From positions 20,586,001 to 20,650,000 of the forward strand of contig NC_087251.1 in NCBI RefSeq assembly GCF_037042905.1: DNA of 64,000 nucleotides, read 5' to 3'. This DNA is from Lytechinus pictus. Taxonomy: Eukaryota. Shown piece by piece: positions 52,555 to 64,000 of this stretch (position 1 is its first letter; each line of letters begins with the position of its first letter). The notes below the pieces were generated by a model, which saw only the letters and a program-made list of their open reading frames with translations, did no database searches and was not told where the DNA came from. Made by a program: the position numbers and the translations under genes.

Positions 52555-54583
52555 TTAATGCATGGCTGATCGTCAACAAAACGGAGTCAGTGGCGTAAAA
52601 AGCGGGGGGGGGGGCAGGGGGGCAAGCTGCCCCCCCCCCCCCCCTTGGCGGATTTCACCGGGAAACTAAAAAAACGGGAAAAGAGAAAAGGGAGAAAGAG
52701 AAAAAGGGAAAGAGAAAGAAAGAAAGAAAGAAAGAAAAAAGAAAAAATATGAATAGAGAAAATGGAAGGAAAGCGGGAAAAGGAACGGCAGAACTTTTTA
52801 GAAAGTACAAAATATCCTGAAATACTAATACTTTAGCATCATTAGCAAGAAAGGGATATAAAATCAAAAGATGTGACTTTAATGGCACAGGTAATAATTG
52901 CAGGAAAATGGGAGAAAGAGGCAAAAAGAAACGGGAAATGAAGGTATATAGAGCCACAAGCTAAATTGAAAATCAGAATATGAAAAAAAGGGACAAGAAA
53001 AAAATGAAAAGAACTTAATACGACCGGGCTGCCGAGGATTAAAAAATATAAAGAACGAGAAGAAAGGTGGATGGCGTATATTATAAGCTTGCTAAATTTT
53101 ATGCAATGACGGTCGCAATCAGGACAGTAGTATGGTGGTACGTATAGCGTCATAACTAATCCCTATTGTTCTAAACAATAGAAATGTGAATTATAATCCG
53201 ATTATAAATTAATCCTCTTATGAAATATGAAAATATGAAATATGAATTATGAAATATGAAATATGGATTATAAATTATGGAAATATGGATTATAAATTAT
53301 GAAAATATGGATTACAAATTATGGAAATATGAATACATGAATCGACAAGTATGAAATATGGATTAAAATTAGAACAATAGGATTTAAAAAAAAGATGGAC
53401 GGTCAAGTGACGTAGCAAAGGTATGACGTCATAGAGTGACGAAACCTGAAAAACCAAATGACGTCATAGTGGGCGCGACAACCAGTCCGAACCACTCTCA
53501 CCAGTGGATGTGTGGATCCAAGATCGTCAACAAGGCAACGATTATTTTCCGAGGAGGAGTAGAGTACGAGTATGGTACGTGGGCATGGACTTGTACAGCG
53601 GTCAAGCACAAAGGAGAGCGTCACGGTAAGGAGATACATTGAAAAGAAAACCAAATATCAATAGACAGGGACTTATTTTGACACCAAACCATGGCGTCAT
53701 GCATCTTGCGAAAAAACAGCGCGCGTATTACGTAATAGCTCTTTATTCGTATTTGAACTGTCATAACTTGAGTATCATATCGAACAGATCGATCAACCAA
53801 GCGGGTGGTATATTTCGACTAATTATCACCGTTTATTACGCTTGTTTAACGTCATTTCTTGTTGTATTACGCTGTTCAAAAATTCGAAGAATTTATTCCT
53901 ATTTCTACTTTCCGCTCTTTGATGCCTATTTTGTCACCCACAAAAGTTTATACTTTTTCATACTTTCTTAACTTTTTTAAATTACTTTCATTCGTTAAGT
54001 TTATTCGATTTTCTTCCAATATTGTCCCCATTTTCTCCATTTTCTTCATATTCTCCCATTTCCTTATTTTCTTCATTTTCCTCGATCATTTTGTTCATTT
54101 CCTCCAGTTTGTTCATTTGTCTTTATTTTGTTCATTTTCGTCAACCATTCATATCACCATTCCGTCATACCGTCATATCCCCATTCCCGTCATACCGCCA
54201 TTTCACCATCCCATCATTCCGTATTACCGTCATTTTACCATTCCGTCATCCCATCATTCCGTCATATCGTCATATCACCATTCCTTATTTTCTTCATTTT
54301 CCTTGTTCCGTATTACCGTCATTTTACCATTCCGTCATCTCATCATTCCGTCATACCGTCATTTCACCATACCATCATTTCCCGTCATACCACCATTTTA
54401 CCATTCCGTCGTCCGTCATCTTATCATTCCTTCATCTTACCCTTTTGTCATTTCACCCTCTCGTCATACCGTCATTTCAACACACATGACATCATAACAA
54501 CGTATCAAAATTCGTCATACCGTCATTTCAACATTCCATCAATATATTTTGGGTGTTTTTTTTTTCATTACACAGGGGATCGA

Positions 54584-54914
54584 GGAGCCGTGGTGTAATG
54601 GTTCTGACTCTTGCCTTGTAAACAGAGGGTCGTGTGTTCGAATCCCACCACGATCTGGCGTTAATCCACACTTTGCCACTCTCGACCCAGGTGCTAAATG
54701 AATACTGGTAGGATGTAAAAGTCATTGTAGCTTGTCCAGTACTGTGTGCGCGTCACCGGCAACTTACTGGGATACTCCCCAGGGAGTGGAGGATATGCAC
54801 ACTTTATGTGCGGGAATGACTTATTGAATCCGATGACCGGGGTAATAATATATCTGTTAAGCGCTTAGATACGTCAAGCGCTATATGATAGTGGATTATT
54901 ATTGTTATTATTAT
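54584..54914 (+). mobile_element. tRNA-derived SINE inserted in the Polinton-like element
   Basis: A box TGGTGTAATGG, B box GTTCGAATCC, central CACTCTCGACCCAGGTG...AATG domain shared with the SINE at 19278, AAGCGCTATAT + (TTA)n tail. Confidence 0.8.
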
Positions 54915-55257
54915 GATCAACGAAATTTCTTCCAGGGGTGGTTGTTAGAAATATGACATACACTGGTAGAATACAATAAAATGAATACCATGGTTGATAC
55001 AGTGTGATGTTAATATATCAAATATTTTAATAGTCCAAACCAATATGTTGTATCTGCGAAATACATACGTAAAGGGTTTTACTTTTTCATTATTTTATCT
55101 GTATAACATAATTCTTTAGGTCATGGATCGGAGATACTGTAAACTGTTATGTATTTTGAAATATAATTAAAACAAATTGCATTTATCACACGGATTTATG
55201 ATTAATAATTAGACCTTCTACAGTAACACAGTATTCGACTGTCTCTATGTCCTGGTC

Positions 55258-55921
55258 TCAGTTATCACTTGCTTCAGTCCCTTCCATATCTTCGTCACCA
55301 TCATCATTCTCTTCAGGTTGATACTGGAACAGTCCATCGAATTTTGTCCCATGTCTGGCGAGGACTCTTTGAATTGCTTTCCGAACATTCATACCTTTCT
55401 CTACTTTTTCGTTGACATCGGATATGATTTCCTGATTGGTTTGGTCTTCTTCAAGAAATAAGTTGTGCCTTAAGAAACTGCATGGAGTAGCGGTCGAAAA
55501 AGATGCGTTTAATAGCCCACAGTACTTTCACGTGAGCCTTTTCTTTAGCTTCTTCATCACGCATGCTCTTGGATATATATTTATCGTACTTTTCATCCCT
55601 CAGTTGTTCGGTAGCTGCCATCGCCTCTTCGTACCATTCTTGATACGCCAGGTTGTCTGCTGGTTCGTCTTCGTCAGGGATCTCTGTATTTGTAGATTCA
55701 TCTTCTCCTTCCTCTGTATCAGAATCACTCTTGTCAGTGTTTTCATCATAGCTTTCTCCAACAATGCTGGAATCTTCATTGTAACCATTTTCAGTCACAT
55801 CTCCATCATCTTCCATATCAGGGTGTAGATCTCTTTGATGCCTCTTCAAGTCGTAGTTTCGACTATACGACCTATCACACATTGAACAACCGTATCGCTT
55901 TACTGTATCGCGAGTATTCAT
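55258..55921 (-). pseudogene. Frameshifted ORF inside the Polinton-like element: single C2H2 zinc finger + acidic tract + helical domain (~220 aa when repaired)
   Basis: ORF 55451..55921 encodes YGCSMCDRSYSRNYDLKRHQRDLH followed by a D/E-rich tract; removing 4 nt near 55480 continues the frame FLRHNLFLEEDQTNQEIISDVNEKVEKGMNVRKAIQRVLARHGTKFDGLFQY...EASDN to TGA at 55258-55260; TATAAAAA on the - strand at 56007-56014; CCAACATG start context. Confidence 0.75.
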
Positions 55922-56179
55922 GTTGGCCCAGCGAATTCAAACTTGCAAATGATGAGCTGGAATCAGAAATGTTGCCTTTTATTGCGTTTCAACCTGCAAA
56001 TGTCAATTTTTATACCGAACGGCGCGTGTTGACGTCGCATTATTTCTACTCCTCCGCTGACGCCGTATACAAAATTGTGAATCGATAGTGTGTTAACCGG
56101 TATGACAGAATGACGGGATGGTGAAGTGACGGAATGATAGGATGGCAAAATTGCGATATGACGAAATGACGGCATAACG

Positions 56180-56800
56180 GAATGGCGGGATGACGGAATG
56201 ATGGGATGACGTTATGGTCGATATGTTGGTATGACGAAATGACGATATGACGGGATGATCATGGTGAAATAGCGGTTGACAAAATGAAGGCATGACGAAA
56301 TGATGAGATGGCGGAATGATGGTATGACGGAATGATTAAATAACGAAATGATGGGATGACGGAATGATGGGATGACGAATGATGGTATGACGTTATGGTC
56401 GATATGTTGGTATGATGAAATGACGATATGACGGGATGATCATGGTGAAATAGCGGTTGACAAAATGAAGGCATGACGAAATGATGAGATGGCGGAATGA
56501 TGGTATGACGGAATGATTAAATAACGAAATGATGGGATGACGGAATGATGGGATGACGAATGATGGTATGACGTTATGGTCGATATGTTGGTATGATGAA
56601 ATGACGATATGACGGGATGATCATGGTGAAATAGCGGTTGACAAAATGAAGGCATGACGAAATGATGAGATGGCGGAATGATGGTATGACGGAATGGTCA
56701 AATAACGAAATGATGGGATGACGAAATGATGGGATGACGAATGATGGTATGACGTTATGGTCGATATGTTGGTATGACGAAATGGCGGTATGACGGAATG
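56180..56800. repeat. 181-bp tandem repeat (~3.3 near-identical copies) next to the right TIR of the Polinton-like element
   Basis: GTTATGGTCGATATGTTGGTATGA recurs at 56211, 56392, 56573 and 56754 (period 181). Confidence 0.9.
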
Positions 56801-58096
56801 GTGACATGACGATATTACGAAATGACGGAATGGTTGTCGAAAATGAACAAAATGAAGAAAATGAACAAATGTGAAAATGAACAACTGAAGAAAATGAACT
56901 GGAGGAAATGAACCAACTGATCGAGAAAAATGAAGAAATTATGGGATGACGGAATGACGGATTGGTAAAATAGCGGTATAACGGGATGGTGAAATGGAGG
57001 TATGACGAATTTTGATACGTTGGTATGATGTCCTGTGTGTTGAAATGACGGTATGACGAAAGGGTGAAATGGCAAAAGGGTAAGATAAAGGAATGATGAA
57101 ATGACGGACGACGGAATGGTAAAATGATGGTATGACGGGGATTGTGATATGACGGAATGACGGTATGACGGAATGATGAGATGATGGAATGGTAAAATGA
57201 CGGTAATACGGAACAAGGAAAATGAAGAAAATAAGGAATGGTGATATGACGATATGACGGAATGATGAGATGACGAAATGGTAAAATGACGGTAATACGG
57301 AATGATGGGATGGTGAAATGGCGGTATGACGGGAATGGGGATATGACGGTATGACGGAATGGTGATATGAATGGTTGACGAAAATGAACAAAATAAAGAA
57401 AATGAACAAACTGGAGGAAATGAACAAAATGAAGAAAATAAGGAAATGGGAGAATATGAAGAAAATGGAGAAAAGGAAGAAATTGGAGAACATTAATAAA
57501 ATGGGGACAATATTGGAAGAAAATTGAATAAACTTAACGAATGAAAGTAATTAAAAAAAAGTTAAGAAAGTATGAAAAAGTATAAACTTTTTGGGGTGAC
57601 AAAATAGGCATCAAAGAGCGGAAAGTAGAAATAGGAATAAATTCTTCGAATTTTTGAACAGCGTAATACAACAACAAGAAATGACGTTAAACAAGCGTAA
57701 TAAACGGTGATAATTAGTCGAAATATACCACCCGCTTGGTTGATCGATCTGTTCGATATGATACTCAAGTTTACATGTATGACAGTTCAAATAAGAATAA
57801 AGAGCTATTACGTAATACGCGTGCTGGTTTTTCGCAAGATGCATGACGCCATGGTTTGGTGTCAAAATAAGTCCCTGACTATTGATATTTGGTTTTCTTT
57901 TCAATGTATCTCCTTACCGTGACGCTCTCCTTTGTGCTTGACTGCTGTACAAGTCCATGCCCACGTACCATACTCGTACTCTACTCCTCCTCGGAAAATG
58001 ATCGTTGCCTTGTTGACGATCTTGGATCCACACATCCACTGGTGAGAGTGGTTCGGACTGGTTGTCGCGCCCACTTTGACGTCATTTGTTTTTCGG

Positions 58097-58253
58097 GGGA
58101 GCGTTTCATGAAAGGACTTGTCGGACGTTTTATCCGACAAGTCCCATTTTATCCGACAGTTACCATAGTAACAGTACCTCTCAACCAATCAACATCAGAG
58201 AAAGATGTCAGATCTGACAACTTGTCGGATGAAAATGTTGATGAAACACTCCC
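58097..58253. mobile_element. Harbinger-like MITE inserted in the right TIR of the Polinton-like element
   Basis: GGGAGCGTTTCAT...ATGAAACACTCCC termini, 3-bp CGG duplication, absent from the left TIR; related copies at ~43141-43278 and ~25092-25220. Confidence 0.8.
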
Positions 58254-58924
58254 CGGGTTTCGTCACTCTATGACGTCATACCTTTGCTACGTCACTTGAC
58301 CGTCCATCTTTTTTTTAAATCCTATTGTTCTAATTTTAATCCATATTTAATACTTGTCGATTCATGTATTCATATTTCCATAATTTGTAATCCATATATT
58401 TCCATAATTTATCATCCATATTTCCATAATTTATAATCCATATTTCCATAATTTATAATCCATCTTTCATAATTCATATTTCATAAGAGGATTAATTTTT
58501 ATAATCGGATTATAATTCATATTTATATTGTTTTGAACAATAGGGATTAGTTATGACGCTATACGTACCACCATACTACTCAGGACAAACAAATTCTTAG
58601 CCATGGGCTAGTTATATCCCCCTATGTCGATCATAACCTGTAAGTAGGGGTAGAGCTTTACGCCTGCTAGATTTACCGGACAAAGCCTCTCAATGTTTGC
58701 TTTGGCTAAATTTTCAAAGCTGTTATCACATCAGAATTTAATTTCAAAATCTTTTTTAGAAAAGGCCAAACTTTTTTAGAAAAGGCCAATGTGTTGTGTA
58801 TGTACCTCATAGAGATATATGCTAATATATCTCTATGATACCCGCGGTTTGATAATAAAGTGGCCATCTGCAATGTTTAAAAATATCACGAGGTTCCGGG
58901 GCTCCGCCCCGGACCAGTGATGGC

Positions 58925-59091
58925 CATTGGCGGCGGAAGCCCAAAATTTTAGAGGGGGACCACCAAATTTTTGACAAGCAAAGAAAAAAAAAGAAAGGTT
59001 ATCAAAAAAATATATAGGGGGGATCGTCCCCCCCACCTCAAATTTAGGGGGGACATGTCCCCCCCCCGTCCCCCCGCTTCCGCCGGCTATG
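58925..59091. mobile_element. hAT-type MITE
   Basis: CATTGGCGGCGGAAGC...GCTTCCGCCGGCTATG termini; 8-bp TSD GTGATGGC. Confidence 0.8.
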
Positions 59092-59787
59092 GTGATGGCA
59101 CCAAGAGGGAGGCACGGGGGCATTTGCCCCCAATGAGTTGACCCCACTTGCCCCCGAAATTCTGAATTTTGAAAGTTTATGTTGTCATAAGCATCCTAAT
59201 AAATCTGCAAAGTTCATCAAAACAGCTTTTCGTTCTTTAAATTTTGTAAATTTTCTCATCGATTCACTGTTAGTTCTCAGCAATATGATTATGTCAACAC
59301 AAATCTTTCAGGTCATTATAAAATTCAAAATTTCGCTCGCGCTACGCGCTCGCAGTAAGTTGAATGAGACAAGTAAATTGTATGTTCACATGGGGCATAC
59401 AAATCCAGTGTTCAAGTCAATATGCTTCTCGCGATTAGAATTTTCATTACTCGTTTTATGCGAGATACACATACTGCGTACTCACAATTTTCATAAATAA
59501 AAAATTCTCAGCTACGCACTCGCATCAATTGTTTAGTTAGATAGCCATCCAGTTCATGATAACAAAAAGTGCTTAGAACGTCCAAGTATCATCTCAGGAT
59601 ATCTAAAATTTTTAGCTCGCGCTTCGCGCTCACATTATTTATTTGGTGAGATATAATCTGCATGATCCAATCCAAATAGCTGGTCCTTAACATGTCCATT
59701 TCAAGTCAGTATAGTGTCTACATTGAAAAAATCCTGTTCATACCAGTGATATGACCGGGAAATTTTTGGCTCTTGCCCCCCCCCCCC

Positions 59788-60005
59788 CACAGGCGGCGGA
59801 AGCGGGGGGGGGGACATGTCCCTCCCCCCTAAATTTGAGGTGGGGGACGATCCCCCTCCTAAATTTTTAGTTGATAACCTTTTTTTTTGCTTGTCAAAAA
59901 TGTTGTTGGTCCCCCCCTAAAATTTTGGTTGATAACCTTTTTTTTTTTTTGCTTGTCAAAAATTTTTGGTGCCCCCCCCTAAATTTTTGGCTTCCGCCGC
60001 CAATG
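59788..60005. mobile_element. hAT-type MITE, same family as 58925-59091, opposite orientation
   Basis: CACAGGCGGCGGAAGC...GCTTCCGCCGCCAATG; inserted in a poly-C run. Confidence 0.7.
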
Positions 60006-61212
60006 CCCCCCTGGCCACCGATCCCTGTTACGCCACTAAACGGAGTGTCGAGTGTGTCTGAACGCCAGCATGTAAAACCTTCATTTTATGAAATTATTGA
60101 AATTCAAGCCTTATTACAAATAAACCAGAACTTTGTTATTTTTTTACCATTTTCTATAATTGAGGTATCAAATTAAAGAGCAGATGTACTTTTTACAAAT
60201 ATGGTTTTCTTTTTTAAACCAAGATACTGCAGCCTCGCCAAGTGACTTTTTGGTATCCCTTTTCGCTCACTCATGCGTGAATGAGGAATAATCATTTGTC
60301 TAAATTTGTGATTAAGTTATGAGAAAATCATTGATAAATCTCGGTTTCGTTTTTTTGTGTGGGACGCACTGTAGAAACTGTAGGGCCTTGGAAATTCTGG
60401 TGGAGCGCCATCTATTGAACGACACTTGCCAATGATACGAGCGCGCACGTGTGACAATTTCTTGTTTACATTTTGATTTGCCTTTGCCTTTGCCTTTGGT
60501 ACATATTAGGATACAGCTTAAATTGATCTCTTCAAAATCCAATAAAACACCCGGAACAACGAGTGGCAACCATTTCGACACATACAACTCAAGGAAAAGC
60601 AAATTGATTTCTGAATCGTGAGTATCAACAAAGATTGATTCAACTGAAACTGCTATTATTTAACCAGGTCCAGGCCAGTTACAACATATGGTCATGCATG
60701 TGTATAATCACTATAAATAATTAATCATGATAATGAATAATGTCGCCATAAATATACCCACTACCCAGGGGCCACTCTAGGCGACACCCCAATACTTACC
60801 CGTGCTAATAAACTGGGACTCCACTCACGCGCATTTGGGCCGCCCTAGCTTAGAACTAAGCAATATTATCTAGAAATTGTTACATTGTAGTCATGAAATA
60901 TGTTCTATTAAATAAATTGATAATGTTTAATCGGTACTCACCGGTTCTTTTGTTGCATTTTCAGACCATTTCTCACAATTCTTCGTAAATATCTGCGGCA
61001 AATTTTGTCGCCATAGACAGCTTAACATCCATCTTTATTGATAAATGGAGCGCCCTTTACGATAGTAATGCCGCGGAGAAATCGTTAGGCATTTTGGCCT
61101 GTGTTCAAGGCGTAGCTGTTCTATTTTTTTTTATAGGTATGAGATCGAAATCACAGCGAGTATTTACACTCTTCCATAATGATTCCGAAAGGGAGGCGCA
61201 ACACCCCCCACC

Positions 61213-61529
61213 CACAGGGGTGCAAATTCCAGGGGGACATGTCCCCCTCACCTAGAATAGTAGGGGGACACATTATGAAATGTCATCCCCCTACTATTTT
61301 GGGTCTTTTCATTCAAAATCGAAATAAAATATGTATTTTGGAAGAGACGATCTTACTTTTGGGGTGCCCTTTTTTTTTGCTTGTTTGCTTATCAAATTTC
61401 TTTTGGTCAAGATGACCTTCTTTTTGGGGTGATAAACCTTCTTTTTTGTTTTTGTTTGTTTGTTTTTTTCTTGTCAAATTTTCCAGCCCCTGGTCCCGGC
61501 TACCTTTGGGGAGAGATTTCCGCCCCGTG
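61213..61529. mobile_element. Degenerate copy of the 29978/34023 hAT MITE family
   Basis: CCAGGGGGACATGTCCCCC...AATAGTAGGGGG...GATTTCCGCCCCGTG; TSD not clearly preserved. Confidence 0.6.
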
Positions 61530-62774
61530 CCTAACAGTACACTTGATATTGTTTGCGAATCTGCGTGGGCGTCGGGGGCTGGGGGATGAGGAAAAGCGGT
61601 GAGACGAGAAAAAAAAATAGAAGGAAAAAGAGGACAGAAAAAAAGTGAACGAAAGAAAAATTAATGGAAAATAAAAGGGAGGAGAAAATAGTGAGAAAAG
61701 TGATGGGTAGGTCGAGATTTTATGTGTCCGTGCAAAAAGAAATGAGCAGAGGTTGAGATGTCTGTTTGGGCAAATGTCTGTCTGTTTGTTGGACTGGCGC
61801 CTGTTGCAAAAATTATTAAGCTGATGGAATCAGAAAGTTCCAACTGCTTCATGTCATACCAACAGTGACAGGATTAAGCGGTTGTATATATATAAATCAC
61901 GCTCTAAAACTGTGTTCTTTATTAAAAAGTTGTCCTTCATATTCATTTTCGCAAAAGAATATCAAGTTTTCAATTAATTGTCTATAGTTATCCTGTTTAT
62001 GATAAAAATACTTAGAAATTGGGTTAGGTTAGGGTTATCAAATTATCGGGGCAGAAAATATATTTTTTCAGTTCGCGCGTCGAGCTGGCATTAGTGATCA
62101 GTGAGATTATGTTTTTAATGACATTCATTCTATTCACAGCAATATATTATTAAACATAGCCGCATGAATTATAGATAGGTCTATAGTTATCAGGTGAATA
62201 ATTTACCGCTACACACTGATCATGCGGATACTGTTTTGTAAAGGGGAATTTCACCTTGATAAAAAGATTGTGAAAATATAGGCCAAAGAAAAATAATTTC
62301 AAAACATCGGTGAAGGTGTTATTAAAAAAAAAATGGAGTTAGTAGAATTTCGAATGCTTGATTTGTGACGTCATAAACGAGCAGTTGCTCAATATTCTAT
62401 GTAATACAAAATGCAAAAATTTTCCATTTTTAATGGACCGTAATGACCCACTTTTTTCTTTTTGGAGAGAGTATGAAGTTATCTATTGATATACTGAATG
62501 TACAATAAAAGTCATTATCACGTATTTCTTGACATTTCATTTACTTTTTACCATAATTATATCCGATATAGCTGCTCGCAAAGGCCTACGCCGTCACAGA
62601 TAATTATTTAAAAAATCTCACCTTTAATTTTTTTTTGGTGGGGGATGGATTTTTCCTGAACGCATACCAATTTTTCAAATTATTTTTTCTGCTATTTTCA
62701 TAATTAACTTTAAATAAATTCACCTATGCACTACTTAATTTTTTCAAAGACAAAATAACAAAATTACATCTAGT

Positions 62775-62920
62775 CTTCATCATCACCATCATCACCAACT
62801 TCATTCTCATCATCATCACCACTACCACCATCATTATCATCATCATCATCATCATCATCATCACCGCCACCATCACCACCACCATCATCATCACCAAGAT
62901 AATTTTCATCATCATCATCT
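62775..62920. repeat. (CAT/CAC)n trinucleotide microsatellite
   Basis: Directly visible; gives rise to the spurious poly-M and poly-D ORFs. Confidence 0.95.
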
Positions 62921-64000
62921 TTCTTTTTTTTTCCCCTTCCCTTCTTCTTTTTTTCCTTCCTATTTTCCTCCCTTTTTAGAGGGGCACACCACCAAATAAA
63001 TATGTTTGTTGTTGTTGTATATAAGTTGGCGGATGCCTCATGAAATGAAATAAAAGAGAAAATAAGGAAATGGAAAAAGTAAGAAGAAGGATAAGAAGAA
63101 AAAAAGAAAGCCACACAAACAAGACAAAATAATATCAAAATTTTGTAATAAAGTCAGTCAGTTTAATAATTATGTTTTCAATGAAATGAGACATAAAAGA
63201 ATTGAAACAAGTAAAAAGGGCTACATCATAGTTAAAAGAAATAGAGGGAAGCTCCGAGACAATAAAAAGTGTAAAAAAAAATCAGAAAAGACTTTGAAAC
63301 ACTCTGAACACGAGTATAATATAAAAAAAAAATGGGAATAAGCGAGGACAAGTAGGTGAGGGACCCCCCCCCCTCTCTCTCTCTAGTTATTTACTCAAAC
63401 TCGCATATACAAGAGAAGAAATTCTTACTAATCAAAATATTGCGAGCAAAAAGCATGAGCTGACATTTTTTTTAATATTCAAAACTGATAGAGAGACACA
63501 TTTTGAACAATTCATGAAACATAATAATCATTCATTATAGTTACCAATCGGATTGCGACAAGATCTGAGAATTAGAAATTCATTAAAAGCATAAAATTGT
63601 ATAACATTAAAATAAGACGGGCGCAACGCATGAGCTAAAGCTTTATATACCAATTAAAAATTTGGACATTTTTAGCGCTTTCGGTGGTCATGAAAAAGAT
63701 TCATATTTCATGAAAGCTCAAATCCCGAGGAGGAATATTTTTTATTAATTGACTTAAAAAAGGCTGTTCTAATTAAGCCCCATTTAATATTTGATTACAA
63801 GTCTCGTTAAACAGTAAAAGAGGAAAAAATAAAGCATATTGTGTTCCTCAATTCTCTTTCTCTTTAACCCTATATTTTTTTTTTTTTGGGGGGGAGGTAT
63901 TTTGGTTAAAAAAAAGAGAAAAAACGATAATTGCTGGCTAGTGGGTGTATAGTGGTAGGGACACCCCGCCCCCACCCCCCCCCCCCCCCCGTAGTTACGC

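Larger units (their letters stand above)
53126..58580. mobile_element. Non-autonomous Polinton/Maverick-like element with ~1.4-kb TIRs
   Basis: Begins AGTAGTATGGTGGTACGTATAGCGTCATAACTAAT and ends with its exact reverse complement; 6-bp direct repeat CAGGAC at 53120-53125 and 58581-58586; arms ~53126-54535 and ~56985-58580 align as inverted repeats; no pPolB, integrase or capsid ORF visible. Confidence 0.85.
52588..60038. mobile_element. Non-autonomous hAT-type element hosting the Polinton-like element and two smaller MITEs
   Basis: CAGTGGCGTAA...TTACGCCACTA termini; 8-bp TSD AACGGAGT at 52580-52587 and 60039-60046. Confidence 0.8.

Noticed and set aside
53403..54598. Several long ORFs (up to 212 aa) in the left TIR, mirrored at 56815-58299
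   Set aside because: They arise from low-complexity CAT/CCGT repeats, are open in several frames at once and appear twice only because of the TIR; no recognisable domain.
54584..54655. tRNA gene (also considered at 19278-19350)
   Set aside because: A and B boxes are present, but the sequence runs on into a SINE body and (TTA)n tail; no convincing cloverleaf or poly-T terminator.
54915..54985. Possible 3' remnant of a convergent Polinton gene (STKFLPGVVVRNMTYTGRIQ-TAA overlapping AATAAA)
   Set aside because: Too short to support without a homology search.
62724..63138. Poly-Met and poly-Asp ORFs
   Set aside because: Translations of a (CAT)n microsatellite.

Overview
AT-rich animal genomic DNA. 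The repeat landscape suggests a marine deuterostome, probably a sea urchin (inference). Two spliced host genes lie on the + strand: a 4-exon C1orf198/DUF4706 homologue (7264-19662, ~387 aa, probably with a very long 3' UTR to ~27.4 kb) and a 3-exon TMEM26 homologue (38511-48449, ~333 aa). The rest is densely packed with nested mobile elements: hAT-, Kolobok- and Harbinger-type MITEs, two Helentron/HINE-like elements, CR1 and Tx1-like LINE fragments, and tRNA-derived SINEs. The most striking object is a 5.45-kb non-autonomous Polinton/Maverick-like element (53126-58580). It has AGTAGT...ACTACT termini, a 6-bp CAGGAC target duplication and ~1.4-kb terminal inverted repeats, and carries only one frameshifted C2H2-zinc-finger/acidic ORF. 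It is nested in a hAT element and itself invaded by a SINE and a MITE. Two other signals stand out: a twin-priming-type 5' inversion in a Tx1-like LINE, and TA->TACATGTA / TA->TAGGCCTA micro-insertions (putative transposon excision footprints) strongly concentrated in the C1orf198 transcription unit. All family assignments are by eye and by recalled motifs; no database searches were run.
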